A DNA stretch of 59,170 nt from an uncultured virus (IMG/VR IMGVR_UViG_3300025736_000009) (Duplodnaviria; Heunggongvirae; Uroviricota; Caudoviricetes), in the IMG/VR virus record IMGVR_UViG_3300025736_000009. One strand, written 5' to 3'. Both the position numbers and the translations under genes were made by a program. Below, in pieces: positions 8,236-17,758 of the stretch; the stretch's first letter is position 1, and every line of letters begins with the position of its first letter. The notes beneath the pieces were generated by a model, which made no database searches, was not told where the DNA came from, and saw only the letters and a list, made by a program, of their open reading frames with translations.

Positions 8236-11200
8236 ATGGATCAAAACAGAGATAGAATATATGTAGGAGATAAAGTAAGAGACAACCTTACACTTGAAGA
8301 AGGTAAGGTCACAGACTTACGTACGCTTGGCGAATGGTTACTTGTTATAACAGTAATTCTATCACGAAGTGGTATTAAAAAAACATACCAAGTATTAAAG
8401 AACCATGTCTCTGGAACACTTACTCCACTATCAAGAGGGGTAGCAGAAAGCGGACAACAAATACTTGCATCTGGTGAGAAGATTATAGTAGATGCAAGCG
8501 CCGATCTTGAGCAAATAGTTAAATGGAATGATACATCTGTAAAACCAGGCTGGAACAAACTAAGACTATATATTGATCAAGCATATGAAACAAAAATAGG
8601 ATTAATTGATAGAGCAGAAATGTCTCGAATAACTGCACTATTAGAAACTATGACACCTCATAAATTAGGTGTATTTAGAGGACTAATTAATAGTAATCCA
8701 CTAATAGAAGGATCAAAATCACCATCTCCAGAAGCAGCAATACGAAAAGTTATATTACAAGACGCCTCTGATTCTTACAGTGATGAGTTAGTTAAAACTC
8801 TTGCAGTAATAATAGAAGAACATCCAGACCTACTAACAAAAGGTGCTATTTCACAAACAGCTACAATTCCTAAAACAGAATTCTTTGGACCAACAACAGC
8901 TAATATAATACCAGCAGCAGATGATTGGGTACATCCAGCAACAAGTAAACCAAAACTTGGAAGCGTAGATACACAATTAGATAGACTTAACATAGCAAAA
9001 AGTTCAGTATCTAAACGACTATCTACTCTTAGAAATGAATTATCTTCAGTAAAACAAGCAGGAAGTATACTAACAAATAGAGCAAAGTATACAGCACTAC
9101 AGTTAATAAGACATAACAATGTAGATTTACTGGATCCTGAATTAAAGTATGCACTACTACGAGTAAATGAATATGACTCTAAAGCGGTAACAAGACTAAC
9201 TCAGTTAGCGCGAATAGGTAATGTTGATGATGTTACACGAGCAGTTAAAAGTTTAGCAGAAGCCTTTACAGATGGAAGGCGATTAGGCATACCTAAGAAA
9301 TACGGAACGATAACTGGCAGCAGAGTTTCAAAAATTCAAAGTGAAATAGGGACATACACAAAACACCATGATATTATTTCAGAAAATCTGGCAACTTTAA
9401 AAGCAGAAGCAATAGGAGCAGATAAGCCTGGTATAGGTGGAAGTAAAAGTGGTGGTTATAATTTAGAGGATTGGGGAGATGAGCTACAATCTGGTGGAAA
9501 AACACGTGATGGTAGATATAAAACTTTAGCAGATGAAATACAAGAAGATCTTGGAGAAGATATTTGGAGTAAAAGTCTACGAGAAGAAACAGGGTTTTAT
9601 AGATCTCTAAAAGCAAGAGAACGAATGGGTAAGCACTCAACAACAAGAGACAAAGGAATGTTTGCTGCTACCAATATGCAAGAAGAAATAGCAAGAGGAC
9701 ATGGTATTGGAAAACCAATAAGAGTAAGACATGGCGGAGTAGTATTTGATCTAGAAGGGATTAATACAAGCAAAGAAAAACTAATAGCAAAACCTGCCAA
9801 TATAATACAACCAAGTCCTTACTCAATACCTACTAAGTTTACATCAAGAGAAGATCTAGTAGATGCTTTAAAAGTGTTACCACAATATCAAGAAGAGTTT
9901 AGAAACATACAAGCAGCAAGTGACACAATACAAGCAAAGGCACAACAAGTAGTAAGAACTCCAGAAGATATAACTAATATTCTTAGACAAGTTTATCCTA
10001 CTGCAAGTGACCCAGGAAAACCCTTACTTGCACAAATAACAAGAGCAGTTGGGGCAGATGAAGATACAGTTGGAGATGCAGTTGTAAGATTCTATGATAT
10101 CCTACAAGAAGGAACAACAGAATCAACAAAGCCAATAGAGATTGTAAATGACGCAATAAATAGAGCAGTAAGAAATCCAAAACCAATAGATCCAAACGAC
10201 GCGTTCAACAATGCTATTAGTCTAAATGATCCATCAATACAAATACCTACAGTAGGATCTGCTGATGAAGGCTTGGATCTTTTATCCAAAAATGCAGCAG
10301 CTATGGATTTATTAGAAAGAGACTTAAAGGCTGTAGGTATTACAGATATACCAACCATAGACATACAAATAGAAACCGTATTAGATAATCTTGGAATAAA
10401 GCTTAAAGAAGGTCCTGGCGGATTTCAACATATTATAACACAAAGGCCATTAGATGAATTTGTTGCTAATGCTGATGTTGTAAGATTCTTTGGACTACAT
10501 CCAGAGATGAGTAATATATTTAATTTAGGAACACGAACAGCAGAAGGTAAGGCTATTCAAGGTTTAATTATAGATGTTACTGAAGCAAATGGATCAATAC
10601 GGCAGTATCAAGTTATGTCAAACACTAAGTTACTTGATATAGAGACAGGAATAATTAAATCCCTAACAGATCTAAGTACAGAAATACCTCTTACATCATT
10701 AGATAACATAGTTAAAACAATGGATCCTGGGTCACCTGCAGCAGCACAAGTTATAGCAAACGCTCTTGCACGATCTAAGAAAAGTAAAACTCTTCCTATT
10801 TTTGCACTAAAACAAGGAGGAGGTATAGGTTCATTAGAATCTCCAGCAGCATTTAAACAGCACTTAACTAATATTGAAAAAGCATTATTAGGAGAGGCAG
10901 ATTTATTTGCTTTTGACATAGAAACAGACACTTCAAATAAAATATACAACATAGGTGCAGTTAGAAGACGACGAACAACTGTAGGAGGAATGCTACAAAC
11001 AGAAGATGTATTAGATATTGGTACACAAGAATCTTTATTATATGGAAAAAAATATACTCCAAGGCTGATGCAAAACGAAGCAGCTCTAATAGAAGAACTG
11101 GCTAGCAAAATAGTAACACAATCTGATGATACTCTATTCTTATTACATAACAAAGGCTTTGATATAGGTATGCTAACACAAAGAGCAAAAGATCTTGGCC

Positions 11201-13596
11201 TTGGAAAGAATGTAATAAAAAGCTTACAAACAATGTCTGATCGCAGTGTAGATACACTAATGCTATCCAAGATAATGAAAAGCGGAATGCCAGGTGGATA
11301 CAGTCTACAGAATCTATCAAGAAAATTAGGGATAAGATCGGCAGCTTGGACAGAAGAACACATAGGCTTATTTGATGCACGAACAACTATGGATTTATTT
11401 AATAAACTATCTATAGATAAACCCACAGTATTAGATCAAGCAGGTAATTTTAATATATTTAAAACAACAAAAGGAGGATCTCCAAAAAAACTAAGTGCTG
11501 GATCCAACATGCAGTATTTATGGGGAATAAGAGAGAGAAGGCTATTTAAACTTTATGGTTGGGATGCTGAAGATTTAGGTGGATCTGTTCGTGTTGTAAT
11601 GCAAGAATTAAATGAAGCTGGAGAACCAATAGCTAATAGAATTATGGCTCCAATTGATAGCCCAGTACATGCATTACCAGACAGGTTATTAGGAGAATTT
11701 AAACCAGTTAACATTGAAGAAGGACTACAACTAAGACAAGGAGCTGTAGAAGATCTAGCACGAAATCGTATACGTAAGATGATGTATGAAGTAGACCTTC
11801 CTTACAAAGAATTAGAACGATTAAGAGTATTAGAAGAAGCCTCTGGACTTCCTAATCCAATGGATTACTTTGGAGGAATGGAAGATGATATTGCTGGTCT
11901 AACGGAAGATACACTGGCAGTTAGAGATGCTATGAAGTTTACAGATGCAGCACTAAATGATCCAAGACTAGCAGATCAAATACGATTAGAAAAAAACTGG
12001 CTAGAAAATGAATGGATACCAAAACATTCAAATATACATGATCAATTAGTGGCAAATGAAACACTTGCACCTTGGCAAAAGAATCTTGTATTACGGAAGT
12101 ATTATGAAGATATAGAAAGCGTAGCGCCATGGGCTCAACTTACAGATGTAAATATACCAGCACATGACAGACGATTAGCGTTTACAATAAAAGCTTTAGG
12201 AGATAATCCACAATCAATAAGAATTGCTTCTGATCTAATGATACAATCTGACATTAGACGTATAGCTCTTCAACTTGTAAACAAAGCAGACTCCTCAAGA
12301 CTAAATGAAATACTTGCAGAAATGGTAGGCATTCCTGGAGGGCTAGATGTAGATGATCTAAAAACATTTCTAACAACTAGAAAAGTTGATATATTATCTA
12401 ATGACGCAGAAGAACGTTTAATAGAAAGCATGCTAGATAATGAAATACTGGAAGCCTATCAATCAAATAGGACCAAGGCCGCAAAAGCGATAGATCCAGA
12501 AAACTATTCCAATCTAACAGGAAGAAAGTTTGTAGAAAGATTACAACGATTTAGCAAAGGAAACCTTAATGCAAGCGAGCAACAATCACTAGAAACAACA
12601 GCAAGCTTTAATGAGTATTTACAAAGCAGACAGATTAGACAAAATGCCTTAAAAAATATACAAACAAAAACACAAAATGAAGCACAACTTATTCTTGCAA
12701 AAGCAATGGAAGCAGAAGACCTAATGTTTGCAAGAGGAGATAATCAAATAGATAGACTTATGTGGGGTAAATCTATAGCTCATACAGAAAATGTATTTAT
12801 AAGTGAAGCACTACAGGATCCATCACTTTCTCCATATAGAGCGCAACGAGCAGGCAAAGCAAAAGCTTATAAATTCCTTGGAGGACTAGCAACAAGCGAA
12901 GAAAAATTTGCAAAACTTACAGAACCACAACAATCCACTCTTATGGATATGTTAGGATGGACTAATATTGATGAAGGAAGTACACTAGAAGATTTTACTA
13001 AAGCACGAATCACTCAAGGAAAGTACGCTGGAGAAGAGATGGGACACATTGGGAGATCAGCTCTAGAAGACCTTGCACAAAGCAGAGAGCTATCTACTCC
13101 ACTTAGAACTATACTAGATAAAATAATAAAGCCAGAAGCACAAGAGTTAGTAACCTCTCAAGCAACTACTAAATTTACACGAATAGGAAATAAACTAGAA
13201 GGTATTTCTGAATTATTAGATGCAGGTAGACTAACTAAAGGAAAGTATGCACTTATATTAGGAGCAATGATGGCTGGCTCGTTAATGGTTTTAGGACGAA
13301 GACCAGATCTTCAAGAGATTAGTAATAAATCTGAACCCATAGAAACTGTAAAAAATACAACAACAGCATCAATACAAAAACCAGTATATCACAAAATAGA
13401 TATACTTATAGAAGGAAATACTGAAGGCCCAACAGATACTACTAACATACTTACATCATTACAAGAAGCAATAAACTCACATATAGTAAGCCCAATAGAG
13501 GGATTTCAATCAACACACATAAACGATCAAAGACAAACAATGAACCAAGGATACATAAATAATTTAGCAGAAACACTACTAACTATGCAAAATTAG
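8236..13596 (+). CDS. 1786-aa protein with an internal DEDDh 3'-5' exonuclease domain and a C-terminal hydrophobic helix (probable virion/ejection protein)
   Basis: FAFDIETD, LHNKGFD, VDTLMLSK, YSLQNL, HIGLFD (about 10900-11400); YALILGAMMAGSLMVLG near the C-terminus. Confidence 0.75.
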   Translation: MDQNRDRIYVGDKVRDNLTLEEGKVTDLRTLGEWLLVITVILSRSGIKKTYQVLKNHVSGTLTPLSRGVAESGQQILASGEKIIVDASADLEQIVKWNDTSVKPGWNKLRLYIDQAYETKIGLIDRAEMSRITALLETMTPHKLGVFRGLINSNPLIEGSKSPSPEAAIRKVILQDASDSYSDELVKTLAVIIEEHPDLLTKGAISQTATIPKTEFFGPTTANIIPAADDWVHPATSKPKLGSVDTQLDRLNIAKSSVSKRLSTLRNELSSVKQAGSILTNRAKYTALQLIRHNNVDLLDPELKYALLRVNEYDSKAVTRLTQLARIGNVDDVTRAVKSLAEAFTDGRRLGIPKKYGTITGSRVSKIQSEIGTYTKHHDIISENLATLKAEAIGADKPGIGGSKSGGYNLEDWGDELQSGGKTRDGRYKTLADEIQEDLGEDIWSKSLREETGFYRSLKARERMGKHSTTRDKGMFAATNMQEEIARGHGIGKPIRVRHGGVVFDLEGINTSKEKLIAKPANIIQPSPYSIPTKFTSREDLVDALKVLPQYQEEFRNIQAASDTIQAKAQQVVRTPEDITNILRQVYPTASDPGKPLLAQITRAVGADEDTVGDAVVRFYDILQEGTTESTKPIEIVNDAINRAVRNPKPIDPNDAFNNAISLNDPSIQIPTVGSADEGLDLLSKNAAAMDLLERDLKAVGITDIPTIDIQIETVLDNLGIKLKEGPGGFQHIITQRPLDEFVANADVVRFFGLHPEMSNIFNLGTRTAEGKAIQGLIIDVTEANGSIRQYQVMSNTKLLDIETGIIKSLTDLSTEIPLTSLDNIVKTMDPGSPAAAQVIANALARSKKSKTLPIFALKQGGGIGSLESPAAFKQHLTNIEKALLGEADLFAFDIETDTSNKIYNIGAVRRRRTTVGGMLQTEDVLDIGTQESLLYGKKYTPRLMQNEAALIEELASKIVTQSDDTLFLLHNKGFDIGMLTQRAKDLGLGKNVIKSLQTMSDRSVDTLMLSKIMKSGMPGGYSLQNLSRKLGIRSAAWTEEHIGLFDARTTMDLFNKLSIDKPTVLDQAGNFNIFKTTKGGSPKKLSAGSNMQYLWGIRERRLFKLYGWDAEDLGGSVRVVMQELNEAGEPIANRIMAPIDSPVHALPDRLLGEFKPVNIEEGLQLRQGAVEDLARNRIRKMMYEVDLPYKELERLRVLEEASGLPNPMDYFGGMEDDIAGLTEDTLAVRDAMKFTDAALNDPRLADQIRLEKNWLENEWIPKHSNIHDQLVANETLAPWQKNLVLRKYYEDIESVAPWAQLTDVNIPAHDRRLAFTIKALGDNPQSIRIASDLMIQSDIRRIALQLVNKADSSRLNEILAEMVGIPGGLDVDDLKTFLTTRKVDILSNDAEERLIESMLDNEILEAYQSNRTKAAKAIDPENYSNLTGRKFVERLQRFSKGNLNASEQQSLETTASFNEYLQSRQIRQNALKNIQTKTQNEAQLILAKAMEAEDLMFARGDNQIDRLMWGKSIAHTENVFISEALQDPSLSPYRAQRAGKAKAYKFLGGLATSEEKFAKLTEPQQSTLMDMLGWTNIDEGSTLEDFTKARITQGKYAGEEMGHIGRSALEDLAQSRELSTPLRTILDKIIKPEAQELVTSQATTKFTRIGNKLEGISELLDAGRLTKGKYALILGAMMAGSLMVLGRRPDLQEISNKSEPIETVKNTTTASIQKPVYHKIDILIEGNTEGPTDTTNILTSLQEAINSHIVSPIEGFQSTHINDQRQTMNQGYINNLAETLLTMQN

Positions 13597-13597
13597 C

Positions 13598-13626
13598 TTT
13601 ACTTTTTCCTTTATTTACTGTATAAT
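13598..13626 (+). promoter_or_regulatory. Sigma70/sigmaA-type promoter for the polymerase gene
   Basis: TTTACT-N17-TATAAT, then GAGGA SD before ATG 13659. Confidence 0.75.
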
Positions 13627-13658
13627 AGTAACTGTAGGAAAGAGGACATAATATACAT

Positions 13659-16600
13659 ATGCTTGGAAAGAAACAATCAGTATTTTTACCATACATAGCA
13701 CAGCAATTTGATTTTGCTATAGATACACCAAAAGGTAAAGTAACTCCAAAAATAATGCAGGTAGCTGAACCTCTTGTTGATTCAGGAAACTGTCCAGGAG
13801 GAAAATATGAATATATCTCAAGTCAATCTGTATTAGATAAAGGATGTAGGGCTTTACTAAAGTTAGGTAAAAAGCAACTACTGGCTGTAGATATAGAAAC
13901 CTCTGGCCTTGAGCCGCATAATGATATTATCTTTCTTATATCCTTTTCATGTAAAATAGGAAAAAGTTATGTATTTGATCCAAGAGTTTTAGATCCCAAA
14001 CTCTTTACAAGCGTATTAGAAAAGTGCTCTATAGTTACACACGGAGCTAACTTCGAATGGCCTTGGTTTAAAACACACTACAAAATAAATACAAACATAG
14101 AATTTGATACAATGTTAGCAAGACAGCTCCTTACAGCAGGACTATTAAAGGCAAGAGCCTCATTAGAAGCAACTACTCTTGAGTTACTAGGACTACACTT
14201 AGATAAAGAGTGCCAAACACTGTTTCAAACTCTACATAAAAAATCTCCAATGTTAAACAAACAAATAGCATATGCGGCTGGAGATACTTGTAGTTTATTA
14301 CTATTACAAGAACTGCTTACAAAACAATTAGAGACAGAAAACCTATGGCATATATGGGAAACATTAGAAAAACCGTTAATTCCAATATTGGGTGAACACA
14401 AGTATCTAGGAATACACGTAGACCTGGATCACATTGCCAAGTTAAAAGAAGAGCTTGAACAAGAGATGAGAGCAAGAGAAACAAATTTTCTAAAAGAGAT
14501 GAACTGTACACGCTCTCAATTAAATGTTGATTCCCCAAAACAATTATTATCAGCACTTAGAGATAAAGGAATTCCAGCAGATAGCACAGATGAAAAGGTA
14601 TTAACATACTATAAAGAAGAACATAAGTGTATAGAGCTATTACTAGACTATAGAGAAGTAAACAAACTATATGATTACATAGTGCAATGGGGAGACACTA
14701 TGTACAATAGAAAAACCAAACGAGTACACTCAAACGTTAAACAAGCAGCTACAGATACAGGAAGATTTTCTAGTAACAGTCCAAACTCACAAAACCTTCC
14801 ACAAGATAACAGATTCCGTAAGATGATTGTACCTCCACAAGGACATAAAGTAGGCATCTGCGTAAAAGAAGGTACAAAGGTAACTACAAATAGAGGAAGC
14901 ATACCTATAGAACAGATATGTAAAGGGGACACAACATTAACTGATACTAAAACAGTTGCTAAAGTAAATACAGTAATAGATAATGGAATACAGGACACAT
15001 TAAAACTAACAACAAAGCTTGGATATGAATTGATAGCTACTCCGCAACATAGAATACGGATACTTGACAATAAAGGAAATTATAGCTGGAAAGAACTACA
15101 ACATATAACAAAAGAAGATAAAATAGTAATACAACCAAATAACTTGGTTGATACAAAACAAGCAAACAATGAAACCTTACCAGAAATTATCTATACCCAC
15201 TCTTTTGAAAAGAGCGTAACTACACCAAACAAACCAACAAAAGATTTAGCAGAATTTATGGGATATATGACAGGAGATGGACATTTTTCTAAATCTGGCC
15301 CATATTGGGTAGTATGTGATAAAGACCCAGACCTTAATACCTACCTACAGCAACTATGTAAATCTCTATTTGGACAAACACCTAAACAAATATTACATTA
15401 TAGAGGAGTATTTGATGCACAGTTTTACAGTACAAAATTAGTTGCTTGGTTAAAAAGTATTGGTGGAGCAAAAACACATGCCCCTAACTATCTATGGACA
15501 TCAGACACAGAAACTATTGCGGCTTATCTAAGAGGATTATTTGAATCAGATGGATCCGTATCCAATCATCCTTGTGGCAGATTACGCTTTTCTACAGTAA
15601 ATGAACAACTAGCTATAGATGTGCAATTACTTCTTCTATCTATAGGTATAGTTTCAAAACGAAGATTACAAACAGTAAAAATACATAAGAATTATTGGTC
15701 TATATCTATTCCAGCAGCATATGTAAAAGACTACAAAAATAAAATTGGTTTTATATCTATACGAAAGAAAACCGAACTAGAAAAATTGTCTTCCAGATCT
15801 GGTGAAAAGCACCAAAAAAGAAGTATGCCTAGTAGATCTCAAAAGTTAAAGAAGCTTAATCCAAAAGGAGATCTTTACAAACTATTAGATAATATTATAT
15901 GTCTAGAAAGACCAATAAATATACAACTAGCTAAAGACCTAAAAACTACATATCCTAATGTATATAAAGAGTTGGAACTATATAGATTACTAGAATATAA
16001 CCAAATTTACGATACCATAGCTTCTATAGAAAATGTTGGTCAAAATAGAGTATATGATCTATATATTCCAGGACCACTAACATACATAAGTAATGGTTTC
16101 GTTAGCCACAATTGTGACCTTTCTCAGTATGAGGTAAGAGTTTTAGCAAAAGCTTCTAACGACGAGACAATAATCAAAATATTAAAAGATGGATATGAAG
16201 CAGAGCAACTATTAAAAGAAGCACTAAAATCTTACAACATTACAGAGGTACCAGACCAAGAAGAAAACGCAGACGCATTTGCTAAATTCATAATTGATTA
16301 TCCAGATATAAAAAAGTATATAGACCAAGTATATACAAATGACTTTCATAGAGTTACTGCTGCTTCTCTATTTGGAGTAGACCCAAAAAAAGTAACTAAA
16401 GACCAACGAAACGCAAGTAAGTCTGTTACCTTTGGAATACCTTATGGAGCAGGAGCAGATACAGTAGCAAGACGTTCTGGTATGCCAGTAAAAGACGCAC
16501 AAAACCTTATAATTACTTACTTTAAAACATACCCAAAAATAAAAGATTATCTTGATGGATGTAAAAATCAAGCAAAAGAATTAAAGTATACAACAACATT

Positions 16601-16970
16601 GGCTGGACGAAGACGATATTATGATGTGCCAAAACAAGGAGACATTACACAAAATCCAAAAGAATATTCTAAACGAATAAGTATTATAGAACGAGCAGCC
16701 GTCAACGCACCAATTCAAGGTACAAATGCCGACACAATAAAGTTAGCAACAATAAACTTACATAAAGATTTAGTACAAATGTCAGACTATCCATATGAAT
16801 GTAGAATAATATTATGGGTTCACGATGAAATAGTAACAACTGCCCCAGCAAATAAAATACAAGCAGTAGTAGATGCTAGCGAAGCACGACTACTTGAAGC
16901 AGCCCACGTATATTTAGAAGATGTTCCTTGTTCTGTTAGTAAAGAAATAGCAGACACCTGGAAGAAATAA
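13659..16970 (+). CDS. polA: Family A DNA polymerase (3'-5' exonuclease plus polymerase) with an intein; about 685 aa after splicing
   Basis: AVDIETSGL, HGANFE, FDTML, YAAGD; TDTGRFSSNSPNSQNLP; motif A CDLSQYEVR; motif B RNASKSVTFGIPYG; NAPIQGTNAD; motif C WVHDEI. Confidence 0.97.
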   Translation: MLGKKQSVFLPYIAQQFDFAIDTPKGKVTPKIMQVAEPLVDSGNCPGGKYEYISSQSVLDKGCRALLKLGKKQLLAVDIETSGLEPHNDIIFLISFSCKIGKSYVFDPRVLDPKLFTSVLEKCSIVTHGANFEWPWFKTHYKINTNIEFDTMLARQLLTAGLLKARASLEATTLELLGLHLDKECQTLFQTLHKKSPMLNKQIAYAAGDTCSLLLLQELLTKQLETENLWHIWETLEKPLIPILGEHKYLGIHVDLDHIAKLKEELEQEMRARETNFLKEMNCTRSQLNVDSPKQLLSALRDKGIPADSTDEKVLTYYKEEHKCIELLLDYREVNKLYDYIVQWGDTMYNRKTKRVHSNVKQAATDTGRFSSNSPNSQNLPQDNRFRKMIVPPQGHKVGICVKEGTKVTTNRGSIPIEQICKGDTTLTDTKTVAKVNTVIDNGIQDTLKLTTKLGYELIATPQHRIRILDNKGNYSWKELQHITKEDKIVIQPNNLVDTKQANNETLPEIIYTHSFEKSVTTPNKPTKDLAEFMGYMTGDGHFSKSGPYWVVCDKDPDLNTYLQQLCKSLFGQTPKQILHYRGVFDAQFYSTKLVAWLKSIGGAKTHAPNYLWTSDTETIAAYLRGLFESDGSVSNHPCGRLRFSTVNEQLAIDVQLLLLSIGIVSKRRLQTVKIHKNYWSISIPAAYVKDYKNKIGFISIRKKTELEKLSSRSGEKHQKRSMPSRSQKLKKLNPKGDLYKLLDNIICLERPINIQLAKDLKTTYPNVYKELELYRLLEYNQIYDTIASIENVGQNRVYDLYIPGPLTYISNGFVSHNCDLSQYEVRVLAKASNDETIIKILKDGYEAEQLLKEALKSYNITEVPDQEENADAFAKFIIDYPDIKKYIDQVYTNDFHRVTAASLFGVDPKKVTKDQRNASKSVTFGIPYGAGADTVARRSGMPVKDAQNLIITYFKTYPKIKDYLDGCKNQAKELKYTTTLAGRRRYYDVPKQGDITQNPKEYSKRISIIERAAVNAPIQGTNADTIKLATINLHKDLVQMSDYPYECRIILWVHDEIVTTAPANKIQAVVDASEARLLEAAHVYLEDVPCSVSKEIADTWKK
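14859..16112 (+). mobile_element. 418-aa intein with LAGLIDADG homing endonuclease
   Basis: Starts CVKEGTKV; block B LIATPQHRI; FMGYMTGDG and YLRGLFESDG; VYDLYI..ISNGFVSHN followed by Cys. Confidence 0.96.
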
Positions 16971-16998
16971 TAGCAAGCACTCCACAACAATTCCCACA

Positions 16999-17754
16999 AT
17001 GGAAAACACAAGACCCACAGAAGATAATAATATAGCCCCAAAAGTATATTTTGGAGTAGGTATGGCTACACTTGCTGCTGGAGCCTTAGAAGGTACAGTA
17101 GCAACTAGTCACATGCCTGGTTTAAAAGGACTATACTCAAGAGGAGCAGGAAGTTTACTTGGTGCTAGATATTTAGCAGCAGGAACAGCTGGTGCTGCCT
17201 CATTACTACTAGAAGATAACTGGGAAAATAAACTAGGTGGAGTAGCTTTTGCTCTAGCAGACCCAATAGCAGACCTAACAGCAGCACGCATTGTTACAAG
17301 AGCAATAACAGAGCAAGGAAAGCTCAGACCGCTAATGGGTAAGATATATGAATATCTTGGTGATAAAGCATCTGATACAACAACAATGGCATCCAAAGGA
17401 AAAGAATGGAAGTCAATAGGTAGTTTACTTAACTCAAGTGAAAAAATACAGAAAGATGTAATGTCAAGAGTAAGACTCACAGGAAGAACAATAGCATCTC
17501 CTCTCTTGGCAATACCATTATGGGTGCTATTAAATGCTGGACTTAAAACAGTAGGTAAGTCAATAGACAACCACAGTAACTTAATATCCTCCTTTAAAAG
17601 TACAGAATCAAGAAACGAACTTAGCACAGATGAATCCCCACCAATATCTAACCCAATAGCAACAGCAATATTAAATTATAAAGATAATCCAATAGATATG
17701 AATAGAGTAGATGAAATGTATTCTAATTATATAACAAGAGGAACGGCGGCATAA
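16999..17754 (+). CDS. Gly/Ala-rich protein with several hydrophobic helices (possible ejection/membrane protein)
   Basis: VYFGVGMATLAAGAL, LAAGTAGAASLLL, LGGVAFALA, PLLAIPLWVLLNAGL. Confidence 0.55.
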   Translation: MENTRPTEDNNIAPKVYFGVGMATLAAGALEGTVATSHMPGLKGLYSRGAGSLLGARYLAAGTAGAASLLLEDNWENKLGGVAFALADPIADLTAARIVTRAITEQGKLRPLMGKIYEYLGDKASDTTTMASKGKEWKSIGSLLNSSEKIQKDVMSRVRLTGRTIASPLLAIPLWVLLNAGLKTVGKSIDNHSNLISSFKSTESRNELSTDESPPISNPIATAILNYKDNPIDMNRVDEMYSNYITRGTAA

Positions 17755-17758
17755 GTGT

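Noticed and set aside
16980..17020. Repeated CCACA/ACACA motifs near the start of the 251-aa gene
   Set aside because: Short, irregularly spaced and expected by chance in A/C-rich sequence
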